Below, in pieces: positions 1-13,817 of a stretch of DNA of 64,000 nt. Within the stretch, counting starts at the first letter, position 1; every line of letters starts with the position of its first letter. Origin of the DNA: Monosiga brevicollis MX1 (Eukaryota); contig NW_001865085.1 in NCBI RefSeq assembly GCF_000002865.3, positions 130,256 to 194,255 of the forward strand, given 5' to 3'. Position numbers and translations under genes: made by a program. Under the pieces are notes generated by a model. It saw only the letters and a list, made by a program, of their open reading frames with translations. It did no database searches and was not told the DNA's origin.

Positions 1-2813
1 TCGTCGCCTCCTCAAAAATGCCAAAGAACTGATGGCCCCTTCGGTCCAGCCCGCTTCTACACAAGCTCAGCCCCCTGTCGTACCCACCAAAACCAAGGCT
101 CCGCCACCCGTTCCCCCTAAATCCCGAGGTTGGCCATTCGTGCTGGCACTGTGCCCCTTGGCGCTGAACTACACATGATTTCACCCACCCCTCATCCTCT
201 TTTCCCTCCTTCCTCCTCCTCCTCCACCACCACCACCACCTCCTGCTTATCCTTCTCCTGCTTATCCTTCTCCGCCCTGCTAGGCCCCTCAACGTCCACA
301 GAGCAAAACGATAGCGATTGTATGTCCCACCCCCCTTCTGCCTTTGGTCCATGATGCCTTCTTCGCCCGTCATCCCCTCGGCTTGAGAGATTGTATCCCG
401 CCGCAACCGCCGCAGCACCTCTTCTCAACCTGCTCACTCCTTGGCCGCGCCTTTTACCTTTGTAGCCGCCCCTCCCCCACTGCCCCGCAAAGCTGGATCC
501 CTGCGCCCCACCCCAGCACTGGCGCAAGAGGAGAAAAAGCTTCAGCCCCGCTCCAAATCGCCCATCATGCCTCCGAGTCGCCCCCCACCCCCTCGCGACT
601 CCGCCCCCGTGCCCGTGTCTGCAGCCGCCACCGCTCCACCGGCCGTGCCCCGAAAAACTCGACCCAGCGACTCTTCAACTCGAGGCCCTGCTCTCTTGCC
701 GCCCTCAAATCGTGCTGCACCCCCCCCCTCACTTCACGCTACCCCAGTGCCCAAACCTTCGCGCCCACCCCCGCCGGCCGAGTCGGCCCCAGCACGCCCC
801 TCCCCGCCTTCAGATCCCGCCCCAGCTCGGCCCCAGCGCGAGGACTCTACTCGCAGTACCACCAGCACTACCAGTGGCAACGCAAGCACCCCCGCAACCC
901 CGCTTTCACCCAAGGCACCCCCGCCCTTGCGTATGTTGGTCGTAGACACCCCCGCGCCCCTGACTCACCCTTGATGCATCGTCCGCAGCCGTGATTTTGT
1001 CTCACGTTCGACATGCGCAACAGCCACACGGCCTAGCGATCCGATCTGGCAGCCTCTCCCCCACCCCCAGGCCGCCCCCAGCCCCCGAAGCTCCCGACTC
1101 GCACCTCGGGTCCTGATGTCCACCGCAACGAGTTTGCCGCTCCCTCGGACGATGATGAGGGCTCGTACATCATGTTGCCCCGCTTACCCTCCGATGCCTC
1201 GCAATTACGCCGGTTTGTTGACCGTGTTCCATCCGCGGGCCCTTCTTCCTCCCCATGCACTCACCATTCTATCCGTGCTCTGCGCGTGCTCCAATGAACG
1301 TGGACGACACAGGGTGTCGATTGGACAACGTCGAGAGAGCTCTCTATTGCCCTCCAGCATGACGCGAGAACAAGCCGCTATGCTCACCGAGCGCTCTGTA
1401 CGTGGTTCTTTGGCGCTGTGCTCGAATAAACAGCAGGGCGAGCCTTCTTAGCTCATCACTTGCCACCGATCTTGGTGACGGTTCTGAAAAATAGGCTGCC
1501 GCACCTCGCACGTTGCAAAAACGCTCCAAGGTGGACTCACACGCCACCAAGGAAGGCTGGCTCTTGAAGCGCGGTGGTGCCACTGGCCGCAAGGGTACAG
1601 AACCTTGGCAACCCGAGTCTGGTCGTCATGCCCACGGCTTGTGGGTTGGCTTCTCACTAACCTTTCTTCCCCTTGTCAATGTCACTCAGGCTGGGATCGA
1701 CGGTATTGCGTGTACAAAGAAGGCGTGCTGTCCTATTTTGTCGGAGACAAAGAGACTCGCCCTCAAGGGTGCATCGCCCTGACGGAAATGAAGGCCATTC
1801 GTCACGATACTGGCCACAAGAATCGTTTCGAACTCGATACCTACGAGCGCACCTTCATCTTCAAGTCTGTTTCTTCCTTCTGCCCGCTCACCTTCTCGGC
1901 TTCTCCCGTTGGCTTGACACTTGTCCTTTCCCCATTCTCACGCATCCCTCACCGCTGCCACAGGGCCGAATCTCCCGAGGAGATGACGTCATGGATGATG
2001 TTCTTGGGCTCGCAAATCCAGCTCTTCAAGCCCAAACCGACCGTGCGTTTTGCTTTCCAAGACGCAAGCACATGCTGCTGCGTTACTCCGCCCGTGCTCG
2101 CATTCATTTTGCCTCTCGCATTTAGCTAGCTCGTGAGTTGTCTCATTTCCTTTTGCACAATGCTACTTCTGATGCCGCAGGCGGGAGGCAGCATGGCCGA
2201 CCCAGACAAGGAAGGGTACATGCGGCACGCTTGCGGGGCCATGGGCTGGGCACGTCGGTATATTGCTTTAAAAGACGGCCAACTCTGTCTCTACGAGGTA
2301 CGGCTTGTACCTGCGATCCATCGGCGCACCACCCACCTTGACTTCTAGTTGGTTCGCTGCTCATTCCTGTTGACCCGCTTGCTTTAATGTTTGCCTCTTG
2401 CCTGTAGACGTATCAGGACTTCAAGGATGAGAATCCGGTGGACCGCATCAATACCATGCTGATTACAGTCAAGGTGCGCTCGCGATCTGGTCTTCTGATC
2501 TCTTGCCGCCGCCTTCTGTCCACCTGTGGCTAATAGTCGCGCTCGATGACTGTCTATCACTTGCCATTTCGCTCAGGTTGGGACAGGCCGCAAAGCGCGC
2601 AACCATCAGTTCAAGTTGGTGGATAGCCAGCAACGGCACATCGAGTTCCAAGCTGCATCAGATCAGGAGCTACGTGATTGGACTCAGGCAATACAAAACT
2701 CCATTCTCTGGAGTCTCAACCAACTCGATTCCGCTGCCACCTCCCACAAGAAGCAGACCAAGAGTGTGGTCGATACGATACGCCCCGACGAGGTCAAGAC
2801 CTCGAGCCTGCGT

Positions 2814-2846
<33 letters not shown>

Positions 2847-5800
2847 GATTTCTGTTTCTTGGACGGAGAGATGAGGCGTCTTCCCCCTTTTCTAACAAAC
2901 TTGGTGTGCCATGCTTTAGGCAATGAAAATCATTCGTGAAAACACCAGCAACCTGCGCTGTGCTGATTGCAGCACGGCCAATCCAGACTGGGCCTCAATC
3001 AATCTCGGTACCATGGTCTGCATTGATGTACGTTCTCGCTTAAGGCAAAAGACTTACTTTCAAGATAATGGCTCGGAAGGGGGGGGGGGGGGGGTTTGTT
3101 GCCGGCGCCCTGGTACTCACTCACCGATGAACGAATTTTTGCATTCAAAAGTGTTCGGGCGTTCATCGTAGCATGGGCGTGCACATTAGCAAGGTGCGGT
3201 CTGCCACGCTGGATGATTGGCCGCGCGATTCTCTTGAGGTGATGAAGGCCCTCGGTGTCAAACTGGCCAACACCATTTGGGAAGGCAACTTGCCCGAGGG
3301 GGTCAAACCTAACATGAATAGCGACCGGCCCACCAAGGAGGATTTCATTCGGCGCAAATATGAAAAGCACGAATTTGTCAAGTTTTGGCATGATCCGGCT
3401 CGGGACATTAATGAACAATTGTGCGCGGCGGTTCAGCAATCAGAACTGCTGGACACGGCCATGTTACTAGCGGCCGGTGCCGATCCCAAAGCACAGGAAG
3501 CCAATACGGGCCACAGCGCTCTGTATCTCGCTCGTCGTGCCAAGCGCTCGCTCCAAGCAGCACTGCTCTCGCTCAATGGCGCCGTACTGAGTGCCGACGA
3601 ACAGCAGAGCCTCAATGCTAGCGTACAAAGCGCCTCCTCAACGGATGGAAACGTCTTTGGACCTGGCGCTACTGACGATGACGATGAGGGCGAGGATGTC
3701 GATTTTCCTGCCCCAACACCCACCCAGTTTGAGGGGCCCCTGGCCTTGTTTGACAGTCGCAGCGCTACTCTGACCCCGTATGATGCCCTTTACGAGATGG
3801 GCGTGCTGCGCCTCAGCCCTCAAGAGGCCTCCACGACCGGTGCAGGCACTCCCGAGGGCGCGCCCACGGCCATGGAAATTCCCTTGCAGTCGCTCAAGAC
3901 GGCGCAGGCCACCACGGCCGCAGATATTCTGAACAGTTATGGCCACGGGCAGGCACAGTCCGCCAACAATGAAAACTTGCGTTCTGTCCTCGCAGCCGAG
4001 CATGGCTACCTGTGTGTCACCACGCTGTCAAGTCGCCGCTTTGTGCTGCAAACGGAAACGCCAGAGCAGGCTCGTACCTGGGCCGAGTGTCTGCAGGCCA
4101 ACATTGACGCCATTCCGCTGGGCGATCGGGGATTCGACTTTGAAAATTGCAGCTTTGTGGGCCACCTGCAGATTCATCAAGAGGGTGTCGGCTACAAGCA
4201 GCGGTACTTTGCCTTGCAGGGCAAGGCTCTGTCCTACTTTCTTTCGCAAACAGACCCAAACCAGAACGAGATTGACCTGTCAAACTTCTACGATGTTGTC
4301 GCGGGTCTGGTGCGTTGTGTTATCTTCCGTTTCACTGCTCCTCATCTTGTGTTGTTCCCAACACCGAGTGCACCACGAACGTGACGGCTCATCTTGCCGT
4401 AATGATTTCTCTTGTTATCTTTTGCTTGCGCTGTGCTTAGGCGAGCAGAGGTGTGGACGGCAAGCTCGAGACGAGCAAGTCCCGGGTTGATCTCACGCTG
4501 GTTGGTGTCCACGACTTGGTTGTACTGCGCGCCAATACGGAGGAAGTGCGGGACGAGTGGTTCCGCCATCTCAAGGCAACCCAAGTCTTTGGTGCGGAAC
4601 TCGAGAGCAGCCCGACTCTGGTTCCGCGCGTGGTGGATATGTGTTGCTCCTTCATTGAAACGCGTGGCCTCTTTGAGGAGGGCATCTACCGCGTACCTGG
4701 CAACGCTGCCACCATGCGCCGCCTCCGCCAGGCCTTTAACATGGACGATACGAGCGTGAAGCTGGATCCGGCCAAAGTATCGGCCACCGACGTGGCTGGC
4801 TTGTTAAAGCAGTACTTTCGCCAGCTGCCCGAGTCCCTTTTTCCTCGTGCACTTTACGACGGCTTTTTGGACACAATGCGCATTGCCGACCATGAGCAAC
4901 GGTTGTACAACCTAAAACACTACATTGAACAGCTGCCCCCGGCCCATTACCAGACCCTCCGTCGCCTGTGCGCTCATCTGGCTGTGGTTGCGGAGCATGC
5001 GGCCTCGAACAAGATGACCACAACCAACTTGGCAGGGGTGTTTGCGCCCTCGCTCATGCATGTGCAAACTGACAACGAGGCACCACCGGGCGATGTGGCG
5101 CTCATGGCCAAGGAGTACAAGTGCTTGGAAGCATGCATCACCTACCACGAGTGGCTGTTCAACATGGAGCAAAAGTCAGACCACGATCTCATGCTCAAAG
5201 CTGGGCGCCTCAAAATCGAGGCTGCCAAGCAGGCGCATGAGCAGGCACTTTCGACCAAAAAGGGTACCGGCAACCTGGCCGAATTCATTTTTGAGATTGA
5301 GGACGAGATCCACGATACCTCTCACACCTTTCCCCTGAGCAGTGAGACGGTAGCATCAGAGGTTTGTTATCGTGTCCTCGAGACCCGTGTGCACCTCCTG
5401 AGGCTCTAAGCCTGCTCATACTTCATATACCCGTGCTGTTGTTGTTGCTTGGGTGTGAGTAGGTGCTGGCCACCCTGTGTGAGCGGCAAGGCAGCGAGGT
5501 GCAGCCTGGGTTAGCCGTCGTGGAGGTGGTCAATGAGCTCGGCTTGATGCGTCCGCTCGGTACGTCGTTTGCGACTGATTCGTGGTTTGCAGGGTTTGAT
5601 TTTGGCTCTGAAGCATTCTTATTCTGATGAATCATTGGGCACACACCTCGTCTCTTTTTGAATCCATGCAGCGGCCTGGGAGTCGCTTTTTGCAGCCTCA
5701 GCTCGGTGGCGAGGACCCTTTCATTTCAAAATTCAGAACAACCCCTTTGACGCCATTCTACACTCAGCCCTGGGTGCTCAGAGCCCTTCGACTTGGCTGC

Positions 5801-6305
5801 ACATTCGCTCCGTCGACATGGAAACAGGCAATGGCATCGGTGAGTTGAGCGCACCGACGCACCGTCCGCCGCACTTTTCGGGGTATCTGTCTCTGCGTCT
5901 GTGCCTGTGTCTCTGTGTGTGTCGTCTGGCTTGGGGCGGCTTGGCTCATCTGGCTGTTGCACGAATGTGTGCATAGGACCCTGGACTGGTGGTCTTTTAG
6001 GCCGTGGCAGCGGCTTTCGTCGGTGTTACGCTCGGATCGAGACAACAGGGGCCGATGGCCCAGGAAGCATTGTGGTCTTCAAGGATGAAACACTGGCGCA
6101 GGAGTTGGGTCGCTTTGCGTTGGACAGCGCTATTCGCGTGTACAGCTTGACGCGGCCACGCAAGCTTCCCACTCCTTTCTCCTTTGTATTGCTTCGAGTC
6201 ACAGCCAGTGCCTATCACGAGACTGTTATTTGTGCGGACTCGCAAGTGGAGTTGGAGCAGTGGTTTGGGCATTGCACGGTCCTGAACCAGGCTAACTTGC
6301 AATAG
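1..6305 (+). CDS. ARAP: ARAP-like protein (Pro-rich, PH, PH, ArfGAP, ankyrin-like, PH domains, RhoGAP, RA-like, PH); multi-exon, 5' end probably outside window
   Basis: PH motifs KEGWLLKRGG...WDRRYCVY and KEGYMRH...WARRYIAL. ArfGAP zinc finger CADCSTANPDWASINLGTMVCID|CSGVHR is split by an intron. RhoGAP EEGIYRVPG (Arg finger) and DVAGLLKQYFRQLPE...NKMTTTNLA. C-terminal PH ends at TAG 6305. Domain order matches ARAP1-3. Confidence 0.88.
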
Positions 6306-6746
6306 CCCTCGTGACTGGTCTCAGCCAAGTTGCCGCTTTGACTTGAACAAACCTTGATTGCTTGACAAGAAGAAGGTTGCAAGGCGAAGACCATGTGTGT
6401 CTGTGTGTGTGTAGTGAATCTTGTTCGTATCCCAATCCATCTATCCCAGACACTTCTGATCTTGACCTCCTCCCAACTGTTGGTGGACTGTAACAGGTTT
6501 TTTGTTTTTTTGTTTTTTTCGTTCTTTCAATCCTTTCTATTTTTTTTTTTTTTTAAAAACAGCTCCTTGTGTCTGCTTGTACTCGTGTATGGGTTTGAGT
6601 TGTAGCAGCATTCCGGCGACGAATTGACAACAGCCAGTTGAAGAACACGTTGACATGCTCATGGATCCAATTGATGTTGTCATGCCGTTGCATTGCACAG
6701 CACAAAAAAGAAAAGAGGTTGGAGCAGTAAGAAGACTGCAGAGGCC

Positions 6747-7833
6747 TCAGGCCTGTTGGGTCTGAATGATACCCGCGAGCAGATCGCGCATCTCTTGAAG
6801 CTGTGAGACAGGCAGGTCAAGCGGTGAAGCAGCGTGGGCAGATGCCAGCTGAACCTCGGCCAGCTTGAGGTGTTCCTGCCCGATGCGATTGCCAGAACGA
6901 TGCGGGTGAGGGAGCGGGTTTTGCAACCACGGCGAGTGAGGTCGTTTGGGCACGCACCTGGGCCAGGCCAAGGTCATTGAACTGCAGAGCCAAGGCAGCT
7001 TGGCACAAATCGGCAGCCACGGCAAAAGTAATGTCGTATTCCGGAGCTTCGCCGTCACTAAGCATTTGTCTGAGTTGAAAAAGGATGCGACGCCCCGCAG
7101 TGCGCTCGTACGGCTCGAGGTCCTGCCAAGCGACTTTTTCAGGCTCGAAATGGCTTTGAAGGTGAGCAAACCACACGGCAACAGATTGCCGTGCATACGT
7201 CTGCGTGGGACCAGGTGGTGGCACGAAGTGGTGAGCAAGCAGCGTGGATTAGGAAGATGCACCGAGCGCGCCACACTGACCAAGCCTCGCGAATAATCCT
7301 GGAGACGATCGATGAAGAGAGAGGCCATGGGAAAGTAGGCCAAGGCGACTGCAATGCTATCGTTGCCCGATGCCAGGGAAGCATGGTAAATGTCTTCGGC
7401 CATGTGGGTCAGGGCCTCGGCCGTGAGTCCTCGGGCCAGATACACGGCGGCCAAGCTGCGATGAAGCTGGGCACGGTGATCGGCCCCCACGGTGCCTTGG
7501 GTCTTGAGAGCATTCCAGTGAGCCTGCGTCAGGCTTTTCTCCGCCGTGTCAATATCGCCAATAGCTGCGCGCAGCACCAAAGGCAACGAGATGAGGTCCC
7601 CCTTGTCCGGGACAGACAGGCGCCATGGCCAGCTGGGTTCGGCACAACATACCCAGCGCTGCCTCGCCAAAGATGAGCAGAACCTGGAACCGCAGCAAAT
7701 CGCTGAGCTGCGGATGGGCCTGCGCCAATTGCTGGGCCTGCGTGGCAAGCCGCAGACCCTCCTCGTCCCGCTCCCGCGCGAGCTCATCTCTCGCCGCCAG
7801 CAGCAACTGTGTAATCTTCTCCTCAGTCGTCAT
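6747..7833 (-). CDS. ZMYND12: ZMYND12-like TPR protein, apparently lacking the MYND finger
   Basis: Spliced reading MTTEEKITQLL...AEKSLTQAHW...RAQLHRSLAAVYLARG...HMAEDIYHASLASGNDSIAVALAYFPMASLF matches the ZMYND12 TPR region (LHRNLG...LANDIYFAS...GYFHLA). Confidence 0.7.
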
Positions 7834-7977
7834 GTCGGTGATCGCCGTCCTCACCAAGACACCCCCAGTCCCTCAAGGCGATTCCTCCCCTCCCCCTCCT
7901 CAACCTGGTCACACCCACCCCCCTCCAATACAGGCACACGGCAAGTCTAACGCGGATTGCGATCACGACCTCGACAG

Positions 7978-7980
<3 letters not shown>

Positions 7981-8017
<37 letters not shown>
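7981..8017. repeat. (GA)n microsatellite followed by GA-rich low-complexity sequence to ~8240
   Basis: Direct inspection. Confidence 0.95.
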
Positions 8018-8023
<6 letters not shown>

Positions 8024-8639
8024 CGCGCGTAAGTTGTTCAGAGAAAATTCAGAGAGAGAGAGAATTCAGAGAACGTGAGAGAGAAAGAGAGGAAGAGAAT
8101 GGACAAGCACAGAGAAAGGTTTGAAAAGAAGAAGAGTTCAGCAAAAAAAAGCAAGCTCAAAGCAGAGAAAGAGTACAGAGAGAGAAAAAGTTCAGAGGGA
8201 CAGAGTGTAAAAGTTTCACAAACAGAGACAGAGACGTTGAAAGAGAGGTTTAAATGCGTTGTCAAGCAAATGTACAAACAAACGTCTGACAATAATAATC
8301 TGACAACCGGCTGGCCCGAGCTGGGAGCTGGGGACTGGGGACTTAACTGAACTGGGGCTGTAGCTGGGGCTGGGGAGGAGTGAACGAGACGAGGGTTGAT
8401 TAAAAAGGACGCAGGGTCAAACAGCTGGGACATGCCGACTGGTAAACGGGTTGATCAAAAAAGACACGCAAGAGAAGAGTCGCCAAAGCTACTGAAAAGC
8501 TGGAAAGGACGCGGCTTGGTCAAAGAAAACGACGAGAAAATCGGGTCTGGCGCAGAGGTGCTCATCACGCCAGCGTGTCAAGACAAGAGGCAAAGCAACG
8601 CGTCAGCAGTTTAGCTTGGAACCAGAAAGACAATTTGGT

Positions 8640-10473
8640 TTATTGCGCACCAGCTCCTTGTGCGTCTTGACCCTATTCAGATCCAAACAAAAAAGGGGGT
8701 CAAAGGGATCAAAGGGTTGAGAGTGAGTGCTCGCGGGCGGTGAATGCCGATTGCGCGTGACGCAAGGGTCAACCGGCGAGATTTCAGATGAAAGAGAGAC
8801 AACTGACCACGGCAGCGCGTTGGGCCTCGAGAACCTTGAGAAGAGCGAGTTCCCAGCCAAAAGCATGAGAGCCAGGCCCCAGGTATGCGGCAAAACGTTC
8901 CTCCACCTTCAAAGTTTGTTGATGCCCATCGGGCCATGTCATAGTGCCACCTAAATGCAGGGGGGAAGGCAGGATACAGATGTGAGTGAGGAGGCAGTGA
9001 CAAGAAGGGGCCTCACAGTGCAAGAAGGAGTGTGTCACACAAGCACGAAACACCGTACCTTCCAGGGGTCGGCCGTTGTCAAACTCCCCATCAAATACGA
9101 GTGAGCCTTTCTCTGTTTCAAAGGTGAGCTTGCCACGGCCATGGCGTTTGTCGTTCTAGAAAGAAGGAAAAAAAGGGGGAAACGAGGAAAATCAAGTTGA
9201 ACGTCGAGACAAGGCCGAGCCACAGCAAACAGCAACAATGGGGCTGGCATCTGGCCGCACCTTCCACAGTCCATCGTATGTAAACGGAGGGAGGCCCGCG
9301 CGCTTGCTCTTGAGAACGCCTGGACCTTGCCGATTATCAGAAACAAAGGCGCCTTCAAAATGCGATCCATCTGGCAAGGTCAGCTTGCCTTGACCATGGG
9401 GCTTGCCGCCAACAAACTGTCAAAGGTGGTATGCAGAAACTTGAGTCAGAAGAAGCCCATCCCCCCTTGATCGCGATAAACACAGCCTGTGGGCAATGTT
9501 GAAAGGAAGCATTGGACGAACCTCGCCTTCATAGGCACGGCCATCCGGTACAGACATGACGCCGGGGCCTTCCAGAGCCCCCTTGACAAAGTTGCCCTTG
9601 ACTAGTAGATGAGCGCCTGAAGTGCGATCATGTGAATGGGTGGGGTCAGCGAGAACAAGATAGGTGTGTACTGAGCGGTGAGAAGAGCTGGAAGAAGACG
9701 CGCCTTTGAGTTCGCCGGGCCCTTCAAAGAGGCCGTTGGCAAAGCCGCCCGTGTACACGTTGCCGTGAGCGTAGGTGAGTGTGCCGCGGCCGTGCTGCTG
9801 GCCATTCTTGAACTCGCCTAGGATGGCCGGTATTACGGCTGTGAGTGGCGGTTGTGTCCATGTGGAACCACGGGCGCCGAAGGTGTTTCGGCGGCAAGAG
9901 CAAAGAAGAAATGAAAAACAGGCGTACCCTCATATTTGGACCCATCCGCCAGGACGAGAACACCAACGCCTTCTTGCTTGTCGTTCTATAGTATAGCGGG
10001 TCACAAACCGAGACGGCACCACGCATTTGGGTGAGCGCGGGATCGTCTTGGCGGGGTGGGGGCGGTATCGCAACAGATCGGACCTTGAAGGGGCCTTTGT
10101 AGTGACTTCCATCGGGGAGTGTGAGTTGGCCTTGACCCTCGCGAATGCCGGCGTTGTAGGAGCCCGTGTAGGAGGAGCCGTCGGCATACTTGAAGGCGCC
10201 TTGGCCGTGCATTTTGTTGTTTTGAAACTCGCCGTCAAAAGTACCCGCCTTGGTGGTCAAGGTACCGCGGCCGTGAAACTGACCGAGCTGAAACTGGCCC
10301 TTGTAACGCAGGCCATCTGCGCCGACCAGCTCGCCGGCGCCATGAAATTTGCCATCTTGCCAGCCACCAATATAGCTGTTGCCGTTTTCCAACCGCACCG
10401 CTGAACGGCCATCCGAGTAGGTATCAATCACCGATCGCCGGCGGGTCATGGTGCTACTCACGGGTTGACTCAT
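8640..10473 (-). CDS. MORN-repeat protein, multi-exon; 3' end approximate
   Basis: Repeated YxGxF/W..G..HG.G motifs (YIGGWQDGKFHGAG, YKGQFQLGQFHGRG, FDGEFQNNKMHGQG, YTGSYNAGIREGQG, YTGGFANGLFEGPG) across several exons. Confidence 0.9.
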
Positions 10474-10867
10474 GTTGCCGGTTCTCTTCCTGACCCGTCA
10501 GCACCAGAAAAAGGAGCAGCAGAGAACGAAAAAAAGCTGGTAGTGCAGGCGCTTGGCTGAGTGCACAGGAACAGCCGCACAGCCCGCACGTCCTTGGTTC
10601 AAGCAGCAAGCACCAAAACCCCTGCTACCCAACCCTTGCAAGGTCGACACGAGCAATCGTTGGCGCACCGCCTCCAGCACCTCCAGCACCCAATAATGGT
10701 TGCACACGGAGCAGCGGGCGCAGAGGAGAAGAAGAGAGGAGAGGCACTTGAGAAAAGGCCAGTGGACGAGGGAGTAGAGAAGAGGGAAGAGGGAGGAGGA
10801 GGGAAGGAAACGCCGCAGCGACGCGCGCGACACCAGCTACAGGTCGACGGCGACCGAGCGCGCGACC

Positions 10868-10901
<34 letters not shown>

Positions 10902-11216
10902 TTCACTGTTCAGGGTTCAGACGAGCCAGTTCCTCCCCCTACGCAAACATTAAAAGTAACTGCAGATACTGCCGTTGATAACATTACCAAATCTGCATCA
11001 ATTGTATAGATGGATACATTAACCTTCTATTGGAGTTTGGTGAATGGAATGCCAAGGAGCCAAAAAATATGCACATCTACCACATGTTTACCTACATTAA
11101 ATAACGTTATAAGTGTTATAAAGTCTGCATTTACAGGTATATTTTATACATTAACTACTTAAACCTTCTGGCTACTATCATTTGTCAGACAATTTGTGTC
11201 TGTGCGCGCGCTCGGA

Positions 11217-12750
11217 ATGGCAGCGGTGGGCTCGATGAATGAGAGAGGAGAGGGTCGGGGTGGTGGAGCAGGGGGTCAGGGAAGAGGTCGCGGTCGAGGT
11301 CAGGGTCGGGGTCGGGATCGAGGTCGGGGCGGGTCTGGGTTGGGTGATGCAGGTGATGGCGTACGGCTGGAGGATGTTTGGAAGGCCGTGATCAGCGACT
11401 GCCTGCAGCTGATGACGACGCTCGACCTGAGCGGTGCCACGGTGACCTGGGCTGACTTTCAGCGGGGCTGGAAGCAGACCGAGCTGACCGGTTGGCATTG
11501 GGCTCATTCTTTGGGTCTGCCGCGCCCTGCTGTGAGTGGTCATTCATTGTCCCCGCCCCTGCGCCGCGCTTCGTAAAGACGCTCCCTCATCACATGCGTG
11601 CGCCCTCTGGTGAGCTCGTAGGTTCTCGATGCCGTCACGGGCCTTTGTGTGCTCTGGATAACCGAGACGCCTTTCCCCCTCTCCCCCGTTGGTGCAGGAT
11701 CTGACTTGCTCCTTGTTCCACCCGCGTCGGCTTTTTGATCTGTTCTCCGCCTTGCTCATGGCGTGGCATGCGTGCGCAGGTGCTGGGCAGTTTTACGCTC
11801 TACGCTCTCCACGCCACCTGTCCGGTCGACGATCCGATCAGGGTACGGTGCTTCGTGTATCGCTGCCCATGCCTTCCTCACCGTCACCGCCATCCTCCCC
11901 GCTCATTACGCTCAACAATGCAGGTTGATGTGACCGTCGAGCAATATCAGCACTTGCACAAGCAGTTGACTACCTTACTCGTGAGACTTTGACCGGGGCG
12001 TGTGTGCCACCCAAGCCGCCACGTCGCCTTGCTCACCGCGTTCATTCGTTTTGCAGACCGAAGGCCAGTTGGAGGCAGCGCGCGCTCTGGCAGACGTTCA
12101 GAAGGCTCGGGTGTTTCAAGTTGTGGCGGGACGTGCCCACAGTGCCAATTGGCAGCGCATGCCGTTGCGAGCCAGCAATCGGCTGTGGCTGCGCTGGCGC
12201 GAAGCTTGCAGCTCTTATCAACGCAGTGGGCAGCCATGCCTACCTGCCACCATTGCAGCGCTCGAGCACACGGCCAACCAATACCTTCAGGCGCAGAGAG
12301 CCCTGTAGGTGCCGCTTGGCCGTGGACACTCGCACTTTGAAGATGGATATGGCTGTGGGCCAAACCTGCTCCTTGCAATGCCATGACCCCAACTTGGTGT
12401 GATTGATTCGGCTGACTTGCTCTGCGCACCATGCCTCAGGGGCTTGGAACGAGACTCGGACCGAGGTGCGGGTTCAGGCCGTGCCAAGATTATCCCGGAC
12501 CGACTTCTTCAGCTCCAAACCCTGTTCCTGACCAAGCGAGCTAAACGGCAAGACGAGGTGCGTTTCGTGTTTCGGGGCAACCCCTCTCCCCTGCTCGCGA
12601 CGTTTGTGTGTGTGCGTGTGAGCGTGTGTGTGTCTGTGTGTCTGTGTCTGGGTGTGTGGCATCTCCTTGTTCGCGTCTCCACTCATGACATGCGGGCGGG
12701 GGTGACCAACGCAGTTGCGGGAAGCCATGGCCCAGCGCACTCGTCGCTGA
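11217..12750 (+). CDS. SNAPC1: snRNA-activating protein complex subunit 1 (SNAP43)-like, with an RG-rich N-terminus
   Basis: Exons encode SDCLQL...TWADFQRGWKQ; VLGSFTLYALHATCPVDDPIRV; DVTVEQYQHL...LEAARALADVQKARVFQ, similar to the SNAP43 domain (GALYLLYGLYNTQ...KIRV...DAAYIFRKL). End inferred from the splice pattern. Confidence 0.65.
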
Positions 12751-12991
12751 GCGACTCGCTGCGCGCGGCCAAGCCATTGGCATGCATAGAGATGAAAAAA
12801 GTGTTGGTGGTGCTGCTGGTTGGCATCCTGAATTGAAGACTCGAGTAGGTGTGCGTGTGAGAGTTGGTCTGGTCAGCTCCTCTTGCTGGTTTTTCGGGTT
12901 AAACAACAGTTCTTCGACGTCTCTTGCCACACACGAAGATGGGCCGAGGAGAGAAGATGGGTTGGTTTCTAAGTCAAAGGCGAATGGGGTT

Positions 12992-13817
12992 CTAGTTGCT
13001 GCACTTTGATGCTGCATTATCGGGGAAGTGGGTTTTGTCGTGGAAGTTGATGCCTAGAAGAGGGTGTGCATGCACCGGCACATGTTGAGAAACAGCAAAT
13101 AATAATGATGTGCGCCATTCGGATGAGAGCAAAGGAGCATGGTACATGCATTTACGCACGGAAAAGTTCGCTGTCCTGATCATCCACTTGGGCCTGCATG
13201 ACGTTTTGCTCGAGGATGGCCGCAACTTCGAGACCGAGCTTGTGTGCCTGCACAATCACGTGTGTATGCGGAAGATACAGCAGAGCCACCACCGACCAGA
13301 AGCCAAGAGACGAGCAGTATTCATGAGAGCAGACACGCGGTGGCTAATCCCTCAGAGTGCTGTCCGACACGTACAGCACGGATTTGTGCGGGATCTGTTG
13401 CGTTGCGCAGCTTGGCCAGCTCCTCTTCGATGCGTTGCCTTGACGCTACCAAGGCGCAAAGATGGGCCCCAAAAGATACCAACAAGAGAGGCCAGCAACA
13501 ACAGTAAGCATGCAACCAGCAAAGGGAGCCGCCATCATGCAGCGAGAGCGGAAGCATAGCCACGAGGGCCAGAAGGTCGTTCACGCACCAGCCAGCGCCA
13601 TGTCATCACCGCGAAAAGCCAAGCGGCGAGCCTTCATAAGGCGACGAAGCACGGCCATGCCTGACACGGCGTCCAGCTCAGCCTCAAGGGCCGGGTTCTC
13701 AGCCGCCTTCTTCTTCCGACGCAGCGCCATGGCGCGTACCACCGGCCGAGCCACGGTGGTGCAGGGGCCGGAGACGCGCCGCAGCATTGCGGTCGAGTCG
13801 CGCAGCAAGCTCATCAT
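12992..13817 (-). CDS. LYRM7: Complex III Rieske-protein chaperone LYRM7/MZM1 (4 exons, mitochondrial presequence)
   Basis: Manual splicing gives ...VLRRLMKARRLAFRGDDMALAASRQRIEEE...KLGLEVAAILEQNVMQAQ...FRINFHDKTHFPDN, matching Mzm1 (AFRNDAEVL...EDVAVFLRRNLVQG...LNIHKDTELGDN). The N-terminus is Arg-rich. Confidence 0.8.
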
